This document shows positions 14,085 to 26,809 of a DNA stretch of 64,000 bases, one piece after another. How positions within the stretch are numbered: the stretch's first letter is position 1; each line of letters opens with the position of its first letter. The stretch lies in contig NC_043022.1 of assembly GCF_006345805.1 (NCBI RefSeq), positions 7,998,001-8,062,000 on the forward strand, in the 5' to 3' direction. The position numbers and the translations under genes were made by a program. The notes below the pieces were generated by a model. That model was given only the letters and a program-made list of their open reading frames with translations, did not search any database and was not told the DNA's origin. This DNA is from Octopus sinensis. Taxonomy: Eukaryota.

Positions 14085-14250
14085 TGTAGTGGTTGAAGGC
14101 TAGTCAGTTCATTGGCCCCTGTTCATGACTGGTACTTTATTTTATTGACCCCAGAAGGATGAAAGGCAAAGGCATCCTTGGTAGCATTTGAACTTAGATT
14201 GTAAAACTGGAAGAAATTCTGCCAGGCATTTTTGTCCAATGCACTAACAA
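14085..14250 (-). mobile_element. SINE family B, degraded
   Basis: actggtactttattttattgaccccagaaggatgaaaggc...atttgaactt. Confidence 0.7.
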
Positions 14251-14258
14251 GACTATAC

Positions 14259-14294
<36 letters not shown>

Positions 14295-14380
14295 CACCAC
14301 CACCACCACCACCACCACTACTAGTAATAATAATAATAATAATAATAGTAATAGTAATAATAACAATAATACTAATAACC

Positions 14381-14950
14381 AAACACCTGTTACCTTGTAT
14401 CCATGCCAGATGTATGGATACAAGGTTAGGGGTGCTTGGTACCAATATACACTGGTAAAGGATGAAGAGGGAAAGGTAAAAATCCTCTGGGACTTTGACT
14501 TCCAGACAAACAAGGTGTTAGAATACCGAAAGCTGGATATAGTAACCATTAGGAATGACAGACAAGAGTGCCTAATACTCAATGTGGCAGTGCGAGGAGA
14601 TCAACATATTATCATGAAAGAAAGAGAAAAGATTGATAAATATGGAGACCTGAGAATTGAGATCACTAAGTTGTGGTAGGTATGAGAGTCAAACATAAAG
14701 GTTGTCCCTCTTGTCATTGGAGCATTGGGTTCAATTGTACCCAACCTGAAAAAACATCAGGAAGTTTTGGAAATACCCTACAATCTAGATGTATTGCAAA
14801 AATTGGCATTACTTGGAACTGCATGCATATTGCCTAAAGTACTGTCAGTCTGAGGTTTTTGTTGTGACTTGACAAACAGTACAAACCCCTGGTAGATACA
14901 ATATCTTCAATCAACAACCTCATAATATTGGATACCATGCAACATCTTAA
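14381..14950 (+). mobile_element. 5'-truncated R4/Dong-clade non-LTR retrotransposon: C-terminal restriction-like endonuclease domain plus 3' UTR
   Basis: 14395-14853 translates as KILWDFDFQTNKVLEYRKLDIV...CLILNVAVRGD...KEREKIDKYGDLRIEITKLW*V*ESNIKVVPLVIGALG...LQKLALLGTACILPKVLSV*. This is the PD-(D/E)xK endonuclease and 'VIGALG...LLGTA' terminus typical of R4/Dong; two premature stops. Confidence 0.85.
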
Positions 14951-14997
14951 ATAATAACTACAATGACAATAATGCTATTAATAATAATATAATAATT

Positions 14998-15235
14998 AGT
15001 CTTGGTATAAAAGATGGGCTACAGCATATATTCTGCTCAATAGCACTGATTTGCTTGTCAGTTGTTTGACCTTAACCAGTTGAGCGTGTCCCTTGGTGGC
15101 TGATGATATGTGCATCTCTGATCATGAGCAGTAGTAGTGGGGAGCATCATTGCCATGTGTTGAGAGGAATTCTTTGGGGTTTGATTAACTCACCTCTGGA
15201 AATATGGGTGTTTCATTCATCTTTAAACAACCCCA
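14998..15235. repeat. Dispersed repeat family C, copy 2
   Basis: Homologous to 1345-1620. Confidence 0.8.
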
Positions 15236-15739
15236 GTGCTTGAATGGTATTATTTTAGAGACCCTATAAGGATGAAAGGCAAAACTCAGAACATAAAGCC
15301 AAGAAAATAGTGCTCAGACAGATGAGAACTTATGATCCAGCATCTTTTTTCAGTAAAGGTGACCTGGATTTGCCTAACAGATACATATGAACTTTTGTTC
15401 TTAAACACACCTATAACATCGTGGATCTTTACTATGTATGAATGTGATTGTGGAATAAGCTTTGGAGCTGTCAAAATAAGGCCATTAGTTAACTCATCTC
15501 GTTTACTTTATTTCTTTATTTCATTTCTCTGTCCTCTATATTTTGTATTTCATGGGTGCGTATGTGTGCATTCACATGTGCATCTGTGCACACACCCAAC
15601 AATCCACATGTACACCCTATTCATTTCCTTTTTATATCTTTTTCTCGCATAGAAACTGATAGCATCCCCTCCTCCATAAAGGAACTGGGAAAAACTTCCT
15701 TGCTTGGTGATAGGAGAGGTAAGAAACCATAAAAGAAAA

Positions 15740-16230
15740 ATGATGAAGAGGAAGATGAAGAATGATGATGATGATGTAGGTGAAGATGATAATGACATTG
15801 ATAATAAAAATGATAGTGATGATGATGATGATAATGATGACAATGAGGATGATGGCAATACTGATGATGATGATGACACCAACAATGATGAAGAAGAGGA
15901 GGAGGAGGAGGAGGAGGAGAAAGAAGGATGATGATGATGAAGTGAAGAGGGATGAGGATGATGTAGAATGATTATGACAATGATGTTGATGACGATGATG
16001 GTGATGATGATGACATTGAGGGACAATGATGATAATGATGACAATGATCATGATGATAATGGCAACGATGATGATATTCTAAATGATAATGATGACAACA
16101 ACAATAATGATAATGATGTAGAAGAGGAGGCGGTGGAGGAAGGATGATGACACAGCAGCGGCTTACTAATGATGACGATGAGGAATGATGATGACAACGA
16201 TGACGATGATGTCAATGACAACAATGAAGC
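15740..16230. repeat. (GAT/GAG)n low-complexity tract
   Basis: Direct inspection. Confidence 0.85.
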
Positions 16231-17246
16231 CAGTGATGGCCATTGAGTTTTGATCTCGTGTTTCCCCAAGATTCTTATCAATGGGGCAGCTTTGCTGTTT
16301 GTATTAAATGAAACAAATGCGAGATTTGACCAATATTTAGTTGACGAGTGTGTATTATGGATCTGATTGGCCAAAAAAACCCCCCAAAAAACTCAGAAAA
16401 AAAAAGTTTCTGTGGGCATGGATGAGCAAAGAGAAAGACTAAGCAAGCTTTTTTTAAATAATTAATATGACATACTAACATGGCATAGAACCATCATAAC
16501 TAGAAACATGGAGAGCAAAGAAATACAAAAAAAACCAAAAAAAAAAAACCAAACAAATAATAATAATAATAATAGGAATGGTAATAACTGCATCATGTAA
16601 AGACAGAAAACCAAGATGAAAAAGCCTTTCCAAATTTTCAGTCTGGCTGAGGTTATGATATATTGTTAGTCTTCAGATGCCTCTTAACGAAGTAATGGAA
16701 TAATTAAGTCTAACTTGGATATGATATAATTTTATTTTCACACAGGCATAGATAGACGTTTATAAATATATATACACACATAAATACGTACATATGTACA
16801 CACACAAACATAAACACCCCCCACACACACACATATAGACACATACGTGTGTGTATTTGTGTAGACGCACACATATATATGTATATGTATATATACAACA
16901 TACACACATATGTATATATGTGTGTGTATGTATATATATATATATGTATATCTGTACATAGGCACACACACATACATGCATATATACATATACATATATG
17001 TGTATATGTGCGTATGTATGCATATATATGTGTGCGTGTGTGTGTGTGCATGTCTGTGTGCACAGATACACATACACAATACATTCACATACAGAACAAG
17101 ACACAGAGATGGATATAGAGAAGGATAAAACACTGGAATATATAATACATACATACATACACACACGCACACATACACACACATATGTATGCACACATAT
17201 ATATATACACACCCATATATGCATATATAGATGCATACACACATGT

Positions 17247-17279
<33 letters not shown>

Positions 17280-17326
17280 CATACACACATATATACACAC
17301 ACACACATATCTCTATTATATACATA

Positions 17327-17368
<42 letters not shown>

Positions 17369-17939
17369 CATACCATACGAACACACACCACACATATACA
17401 TATACATACATACATACATACATAATATTATATAATATATATATATATTATATATATATACATACAAGCGCTTGGTCCATATTCCATTCGGTTACTTGTT
17501 TTTCCAAAATCAGCAGAAGTCCAATATTGATGCCCCAACACAGGGGAGACGTGAGATGATAATTTGATAAGAACAGATAGTAATGTTTGATCTGGAGCAA
17601 AAGACTGGAAATTATATGTTGTAAATATCGGATTATAGTAAATATCTTGGGAACACTGGCTAGAACCACCAAACTATTTGATCTATAAAAGCTCAGGCAA
17701 CTGTGAAACAAGGGTTCCGTTCCGTTCCTTTCCCTTCCTACATACCTCACCTACCTATCTACTTCACCTACCTACCTACCTCACTTCCTGCACCCCCCCC
17801 GTCTCCCTCGCCTCTATCCTTCAGACCAAGACTCTCCTACACAGCCACTACTGTCCCTGACCCATGCCTGCTGGTATCCACCCACCGCCAGTACCACTGC
17901 GACTGCCATCACTGCCACTGGCTACTGCTGCTGCTACCT

Positions 17940-17979
17940 CCAGCTATCACTGCCGCCAATACCCCCCCCACTCATCATT

Positions 17980-18017
<38 letters not shown>

Positions 18018-18680
18018 TATCGGCATCTTAATCATCACCAGCACCACCATCAACACCATTATCATTATCGACGTCATCATCACAACTACCACCACAACCA
18101 CCACCATCGTCATCATGGTCATCATTGTTATCATTATTATCACCACCACTAGCACCACCACCACCATCATCATCCTCCTCCTCCTCCTCCTGATAGTCAT
18201 TACCATTACTACTACCATCATCATCACAACTGCTGCCACCACCACCAACACCACCACCACCACCACTAACATCACCATCACCACCACCACCACCATTGCT
18301 GCTGCTGCTGCACACCACTACCATTATGGCACTACTCTAAACCACCAGCTGCATCCACATACAGACATCTGAGAGAAACACAGGAGCTGCCTTTCCACTG
18401 ATCCCATCCACGGCTGTATTCACCCCCAACCCCACCCCACCACTGCCGGCACCACCACCACCACCACCATTATCATTGCCACTGCCGGCACCATCATCAC
18501 TATCCTCACCACCACCGTCACCACTGCCAGCACCACAACAACCACCACCATCGCTAACGCCGGCACAACCACCGCCACAACCACCGCCATCACTACTAGT
18601 ACAATGACCAACACACCACAAAGCAACAACAACAACAGCAACAATGCTACCATTAACTGCTAGCACCATCATACACCGAT
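17940..18680. repeat. (CAT/CAC/ACC)n low-complexity tract
   Basis: Direct inspection. Confidence 0.85.
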
Positions 18681-19489
18681 CCATTCATCCATCCATTCGT
18701 CCTCTTACCCTCTATCATCTTCATCTTCCTCACCACCCAGCTTCTGTCTACCCTCCGCTACTTGTTTATGCTGCCACGACTGAAGCATAATTCTGTGTAT
18801 GGCTGTGTGTATGTGTGTGTGTCTGTTTATGTATATATGTCTGTCTAAATGCATGTGTGTGAATGTGTATGTGTCTATGTATATGTGCATTTGTGTGTGT
18901 GTGTGTGAATGTGTATGTGTATATGTGCATTTGTGTGTGTGTTTGATGTGTGTATGTGTGAGTCTATGTATATGTGTGTGTGTATGTGAGTTTATGCATG
19001 TGTGTGTGTGTGTGTGTCTGTGTATGTGTGTGTGTATGTCTATGTATATGCGTATGTGTGTGTTTGTGTATGTGTGTGTCTGTATATGTGTGTGTCTGTA
19101 TATGTGTGTGTCTATGCATATATATGTGTGTGTGTATGTCTGTGTACATGTGACTGTCTCTATATATATGTGTGTGTACACGTCTGTACATATGTGTGTG
19201 TGTGTGTTAATATGTAGGGGTGATTAAAATTACAGTTAGCACATTCATTCATACACGTACACATGCACTCCTGTGCACACCAAGACGCATACACTTAAAA
19301 AATACATTAAATGTGTTTTATTAATACATAATGTTAACGATCTTACACACACACACACACACATACGTATTCATATATACATATATATACACTCACATAC
19401 ACACTCATATACACACACGTACATATATACACATATACATTTGCATATACATATATATATAGATGTGTGTATGTATGTATATACACATA

Positions 19490-19615
19490 TATGAATATAT
19501 ATATATGTATATATATATATATATGTATATATATTATATATATATATATAAATGTATATATATATATATATATATATAAATGTATATATATATATATATA
19601 TATATAAATGTATAT

Positions 19616-19659
<44 letters not shown>

Positions 19660-19683
19660 GTATATATATATATATATATATAA

Positions 19684-19736
<53 letters not shown>

Positions 19737-20053
19737 ATATATGTATATATATATTTATATGTATATATATAATTATAGATGTATAGATAATATATATGTG
19801 TGTATGTATATATACATATATATATATTGATTAGGAGTGTGTGTCAATGTATTTGTGTTAGTGTGTTCATGTTTATGTGTATGTGTATGCGTGTATGCAT
19901 ATGTATAATGCGTACATATATATATGGATGTATTACTCTGACTGGAAAAGCCTTGTGGGCTTTTTATTTTAGTTAATTTTTTTTTTGCATACTTTTGTGT
20001 TTGTGTTATATTTTTAGTTTATTGTTAGTTATGAAACATCAAATAACTATTGG

Positions 20054-20097
<44 letters not shown>

Positions 20098-20198
20098 GGT
20101 CTATATTGTTTTTGATCAACTTTTGCCACAGTAGACAACTACAGAGAGACTTGTAGGAATAGTAGCAGAAATTATATATATATATATATATATAAATA

Positions 20199-20257
<59 letters not shown>

Positions 20258-20612
20258 TATATATGTATGTATATATGTATGTATACATATATATGTATAT
20301 ATATACTATATATGTATACATACATATATATATATATATATATTGTATATGCACATATATGTATACATAATATATATATACATATATATATACATACATA
20401 TATATGTATACATACATATATATATATATATATGTATATGCACATATATGTATACATACATATATATATACATATATATATACATACATATATATGTATA
20501 CATACATATATAGTATAATACATACATATATATATATATGTATATGCACATATATGTATACATACATATATATATACATATATATATACATACATATATA
20601 CATACATATATA

Positions 20613-20663
<51 letters not shown>

Positions 20664-20695
20664 TTATTATATATATATATTTATATATATATATA

Positions 20696-20746
<51 letters not shown>

Positions 20747-21003
20747 CATATATATATACATATATATATATATGTATAATATATATATATGTGTATATAT
20801 ATATATATATGTGTGTATATATATATATGTATTATACATGTAATATATATATGTATATATATATGTATATACATATATATATATATATGTATATATATAT
20901 GTATATACATATATATATATATATATGTATATACAATATATATATATATTGTATATACATATGTATATACATATATATATATATGTATATATATATATGT
21001 ATA

Positions 21004-21036
<33 letters not shown>

Positions 21037-21216
21037 GTATATATATATGTATATATACATATATAATGTATATATATATGTATATACATATATATATATA
21101 TGTATATATATGTATATATATATGTATATATGATATATATAATATATTTATATATATATGTATATATATGTATATATATATATATATATGTATATGTATA
21201 TATATATGTATATATG

Positions 21217-21249
<33 letters not shown>

Positions 21250-21430
21250 CTATATATATGTACATATATATCTATATATATGTGTATGTATATATATATA
21301 TATATATATAATATATAATATATATATTATATATGTATATAATACATATACATATATATATGTGTGTGTGTGTGTGGTTGTATATACACATATATATGTG
21401 TATTTATATGTGTGATGTATATATGTATAT
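19490..21430. repeat. Long (TA)n-based compound microsatellite, interrupted by (GA)n and a short unique segment near 20040-20170
   Basis: Direct inspection. Confidence 0.9.
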
Positions 21431-22879
21431 ATATGTATATATTTATATTTAATGATGATGATGATGGTAATGGTGGTGGTGGGGATAATGACAATAACAG
21501 CAATGATCATGATTGATGAGTGTTACTGATGAAGGCGGATGATGGTGATGACATTGATGATGATGATGACGACGACGAGGATAAAAATGGTGATGTGAAT
21601 GATAGCCACGAAAAGAAGAAACAGTTTGATGATTATGGCAATGACGATGACGATGTTGACAATGATGATGATGGATGAAGTGAATGAGAAAAATAATTCA
21701 ACACACCATGGCACAAACACCTTAGATTAATCCCACATATGATTGTATAATTATTGGAAAAGAATTTCAAGCTGTTCTAGCCCCTCTCAAGTGTTACCCC
21801 TCAGCTAGTCATTGAACACACTAATAAAAGCTTGAGTATAGTATTCTTCAGTGAAGCCACCATTATAGGGTCATAGAGTACGACAATGGGACCTTAACAT
21901 GTAGTTAACAACAGATCCAAATTAAGTATTCACTACCCATAATAACTTACAACTTCTCTAAACATATTAGGTATATAAATGTTGTAAGGTATAACCCATC
22001 TTGTAACACAAATGTTAAAAAAATATCAAATTGCAAAAACAACTTTTGTCTATAATAAGCAAATATTTCTTTGATGACCATAAATGTTACCAGTTTCATA
22101 ATTACAGGGTCAATAAAATAAAGTACCAGTCCATGGTAAATAGCAAGCTATCTTATATCTCGTCATGTCAAACCACCCAGCTGTCATCATATATGTGAGA
22201 GCTTGAGTGCATTGTTGTTCATGGAAACCACCTTTTGTAGAATTGTAGAGTACAGTAATGGGACCTTAACACACAGATGATAACAGGTACAAAATAATTA
22301 CTCACTACCTATAATAATATCTTACAACTTTTCTAGATATATTAGGTATACAAATATCATATGGTATAACCCACTTTATAACACAGATGTTAGAAAATAG
22401 AGGTGAAAAACAACTTCCTATGATCAGGAAATGTTCTCTGAATGACTACAGATTTTACCTAATGGCATTTTCTCAATGGAGCCAAGGAAGGGTACAAAGA
22501 ATCAGCCTAGAAGATTCCTGTTGATTATTTATTTACTTTTTGTGACTATAACCATTGCTTCAGTTCTTTATGCTAGATATGTGAACAATGTTATTACAAG
22601 TCAGTCTTGTAATAGCATTGTCTATAGCAAATGGAACCTACTAATAATCTCCTTTAAATCTCCTTTAAATCCTATGTACCATCATTAAAACAATGTAGAA
22701 CATATTGGATAATAATGTAGTCTTAGTTACACTGAATAAAAGACGAGACAGTCATGTCTAGTACACCTTTAATGATCAGTCTACTGGATCGTTGTTGACA
22801 TGGAGATGAATAATAGCAATGACAACAGTAGCAGCAACAAAAACAACAACAACAACGGTGAGCTGACTGAATCACTTGC

Positions 22880-23545
22880 ATGCTGGACAACATGCTTGGC
22901 AGCATTTGTTGCAGCTGAGTTCAAATTCTACTAAAGTTGACTTTGCCTTTCATCTTTTAAGGGGCAAAAACAATAAGTACCAGTTGAGCCCTGGGATAGA
23001 TACAATCGACTTTCTTTCTCCCCTCAAAATTGCTGGCCTTATGTCTATATTATAAAGAGAAAAAAACAGCAATAGCAATTTTGGAAAGAGGTATACCTGG
23101 ATAGGTTTCATGTGTGTTTCCTAGACTTCATTATTTAATGTGTCTTAAGGCGGTGAACTGGCAGAAACATTAGCACACCGGGCGAAATGCTTAACGGTAT
23201 TTCGTCTGTCACTACGTTCTGAGTTCAAATTCCGCCAAGGTCGACTTTGCCTTTCATCCTTTTGGGGTCGATTAAATAAGTACCAGTTACGCGCTGGGGT
23301 CGATATAATCGACTTAATCCGTTTGTCTGTCCTTGTTTGTCCTCTCTGTGTTTAGCCCCTTGTGGGTAGTAAAGAAATAGGTATTTTGTCTGTTTTTATG
23401 TTCTGAGTTCAAATTCTGCCGAGGTTGACTTTGCCTTTAATCCTTTCAGGGTCAATAAATTAAGTACCAGTTGTGTACTGGAGTCGATCTAATCGACTGA
23501 CCCCCTCCCCAAAACTTTCAGACCTTGTGCCTAGAGTAGAAAAAA
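22880..23545 (+). mobile_element. SINE family B: one degraded copy plus a tandem dimer (23148-23545)
   Basis: gagttcaaatt...gactttgccttt.atcctt repeated at about 22918, 23221 and 23405. Confidence 0.85.
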
Positions 23546-24361
23546 TTATTTAATCTGTTTTTACTATTATCATTTTGAGACATTAAGTGTGTGATTTGGA
23601 GGAAATTTTGATGCTGCTGTTTCTAGCAAGTTCAATGACCAATAAGAGGCCTTCTGTTTTTGGCTTCAGTTCTTATTTTATATGTTGGTTGATCAAACAG
23701 GCTGAATATGATATGAATTTATACTTTATTTCAGTCCTTTCCTATTTTAAAATAGATGCATGTAATTTAAAAGAGATTTAGCTACTGTGTCTAGCAGTGT
23801 GCACAAAAACTTCCCTCAAAGTGAATATGCTTGTTATTGGTATAATTTCAATTCTGTTGGGATTAAAGAAGACTCTGATGAAGGGTTATTTCTTGGGAGG
23901 GTCATTTTCCAATAGTAAAAACAGAGACACTGGTCCTGCTTCACTTCTTTATTTTTGTATGTGAATTTGATTAACTCTCTGCACTTCACAATGTGTTGAT
24001 GCAGCCACTTTACCCATCATTGAAACATGAAGGTTTCTTCCACAGAGTCCTCCAGATCCAGCCTTCACTTGCATAGGTAGGCAAGCCCCAATATGCTAAT
24101 TAACCCATAACTGGGGATCTGACAGGTGCTAATACTCCAGGTCATATTAGACCTGGGAACAATAGTGGTCAAGAGATGATTCCACACGCCTCAAAATTCT
24201 TAAACTCCTGAACCAGGGCCCCACTACTGGATGCAGTTGAAAGTTATACCCAGGGCATGACTCAAAGTAGATTGATTTGTTTTATAATCCAGATCAGTGG
24301 TGATTGAACAAAACTAAGATGAAGGGAATACCTTGGCTGCATTATCTAATATATTCTTTCT

Positions 24362-24990
24362 GTGTGATTTGAGGGGAAATTTGACTGTTATTTCTAAGCA
24401 TAAATATGGCAAGTGGTCACAGAAGCACACTCTCATTGGCATATCTCAACTTTTCTTTCTGTACTGTTTAAAATAGCAAGATGTGATTCGAGGGGAAATT
24501 TGACTGCTGTTTCTAAACATAGCAAGTGGTCACAGAAGCACACTCTCATTGGCATATCTCAATTTTTCTTTCTGTACTGTTTAAAATAGCAAGATGTTAT
24601 TTGAGGGGAAATTTGGCTGCTGTTTATAAACATGTCAAACGACCACGGAAGCACCTCCTCAACTTGTCTTTCTGTGCTATTTAAAGTTATAAGGTATGAT
24701 TTGAGGGGAAATGTGACTGCTATTTCTAAACATGTCAAGTGCTCAAGGAAGCACCCCTCATTGGCTTGTCTTAGCTTTTCTTTTTGTGCTGTTTAGGATT
24801 ATAAGCTGTGATTTGAGGAGAAATTTGACTGCTATTTTGGGGCATATTTTGTCCTCACAGAAACACCCCTGCATTGGCTTGTCTCTGCTTTTCTTTCTGT
24901 GCACTTTAAGATTATAAAGTGTGATCTGAGGGGAAATTTGACTGCTATTTCTAAGCATGTCGAACGACCACAGAGGCAACCCTCACATCA
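24362..24990 (+). repeat. Diverged tandem repeat, six units of 100-119 bp
   Basis: gag(g/a)gaaa motif at about 24371, 24490, 24603, 24703, 24815 and 24928, each followed by tttgactgc..tttct. Confidence 0.85.
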
Positions 24991-25469
24991 GCTTGTCTCA
25001 TTGAGCAGCTGTTGATGGCTGGAGGAGCTGAAAGAATGGCAGAAACTGAAGATAAACTCCGAGGAGGTGGGCAAGGTAAAGGAGGAGATATTTAAAGCCG
25101 GAGTAGGTGAAAGTCTTTGTTGTTGCGGATGTCACAGTGAGGGAGGGGAATGACAGCAGGCAGGGGCAAGTGAGTTCAACATAAGTACAGATACAACTAA
25201 CCTTTAGGAGAAAGAAGATGGAATATGCAGATAGTAGGTAGAGATAGGAGATGAGGAAGCTTGTCTTAGAGAGATACAGACAAGACCAAAACATTGTGAG
25301 TTCAAATCCTATCTGCTTCGCAAGTTATTTTTTTTATTGTTTTGTTTTTCGTTTTGTTGTTAGTTTGGTTTTATTGGATTTCAGAAACATTTTGTCCCCC
25401 CCCCCACCTCTCCAGTGTTCTCAACAACATATTCTGTCATTGCTATCAACATCCCTAAAACTCATCACA

Positions 25470-25853
25470 CCTTACAACGACGACGACCACCACCACCAAC
25501 ACTATCACCTCCATCACAACCATTAACATCATCAGTGTCTTTATCTTCCTCATCCTCCTCCAAATTATCGTTGTCATCATCATCATCATCATCATCATCA
25601 CAATAATGATCATTATCAACCCTTCCATCACCATCACATCATCATCATTGTCGTTGCTGTCATCATTATCATCATCTTTTCTTCTTCAATTACTATCATC
25701 AGCATCACTATTATCTTCATCATCATTTTCATTAGAATTTCTAGTGTCATTATCATTATCAACATCATCATAGTTGTTATCATTATCATCATCACCAGCA
25801 CCACCACCACCACTACCATCACCATCATCACCACCCTCTTCCTCCTCCTCCTC

Positions 25854-25885
<32 letters not shown>

Positions 25886-25930
25886 CATCATCACCATCAT
25901 CAATCATCATCATCATCGTCGTCGTCATCT
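25470..25930. repeat. (CAT/CAC)n low-complexity tract
   Basis: Direct inspection. Confidence 0.85.
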
Positions 25931-26058
25931 TGACTGTTGTGTTATCTCCCACTGCCTAATCATTATAGTTACTGAGTAATCCTTTGATTGAAACTTCTAC
26001 TGTGTTTATATATATAACTTTATAATAAAATATATTAATATCTCTCTCTCTCTCTCTT

Positions 26059-26091
<33 letters not shown>

Positions 26092-26108
26092 TTATATATT
26101 TATTTATA

Positions 26109-26151
<43 letters not shown>

Positions 26152-26809
26152 CACACACCCATATACACACATACATTAAAATATTGAATGGTAAAGGAAC
26201 AAACAGAAAATTTACACACAAGACATGCACATGCTTTTTCCTCATCATTTATCATCCAAAATCATTAAAATCTCATGCCTTTATATATATATATATATAT
26301 ATATATTGGTCTGACACCGAGTGGTATTAGGGCCACAACCCGACAGACGGGACTCTGGTAAAAATCCTCGGAGTGTCTGCTTCAGCAACCGGTGGCTCCT
26401 CGGTCATTCTGTCCTTGCGTCTGCGGACAATCTGCGGCAAACAGGATGTCTCTACATGCGGGATTGTTGGGGACCGCTTGTGAAATCCACATATTCCCAC
26501 GAAACTTCTTCCATGGTAGAAGAAACTGACTCAACCCACCCAGGGTGAATGTCGCCACAAGTACCAGTAATTAACTGCTGCTTCTCTCCATTGTTACTTC
26601 AAGTTTCATTTATGTAATGTTTTATATTTTATTCATCATTCATTTGTCACAGTCATTGGACTTCAGACATGACTCTGCACCATCTTGAAGGATTTAGCTG
26701 AAACTAGATAATAGCAGCAAAGCTGATAGTGGTGTCAGACATGGCATAAAGACAATCAGATACCTTGTTTGACATTCGCATTTTTATTTTTCTCTTCTGT
26801 TTTATTTTC

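Noticed and set aside
20116-21415. Long Tyr/Ile/His/Thr ORFs (also 5775-8525, 16710-17559, 50692-51266, 55587-56125)
   Set aside because: Translations of (TA)n/(CA)n tracts
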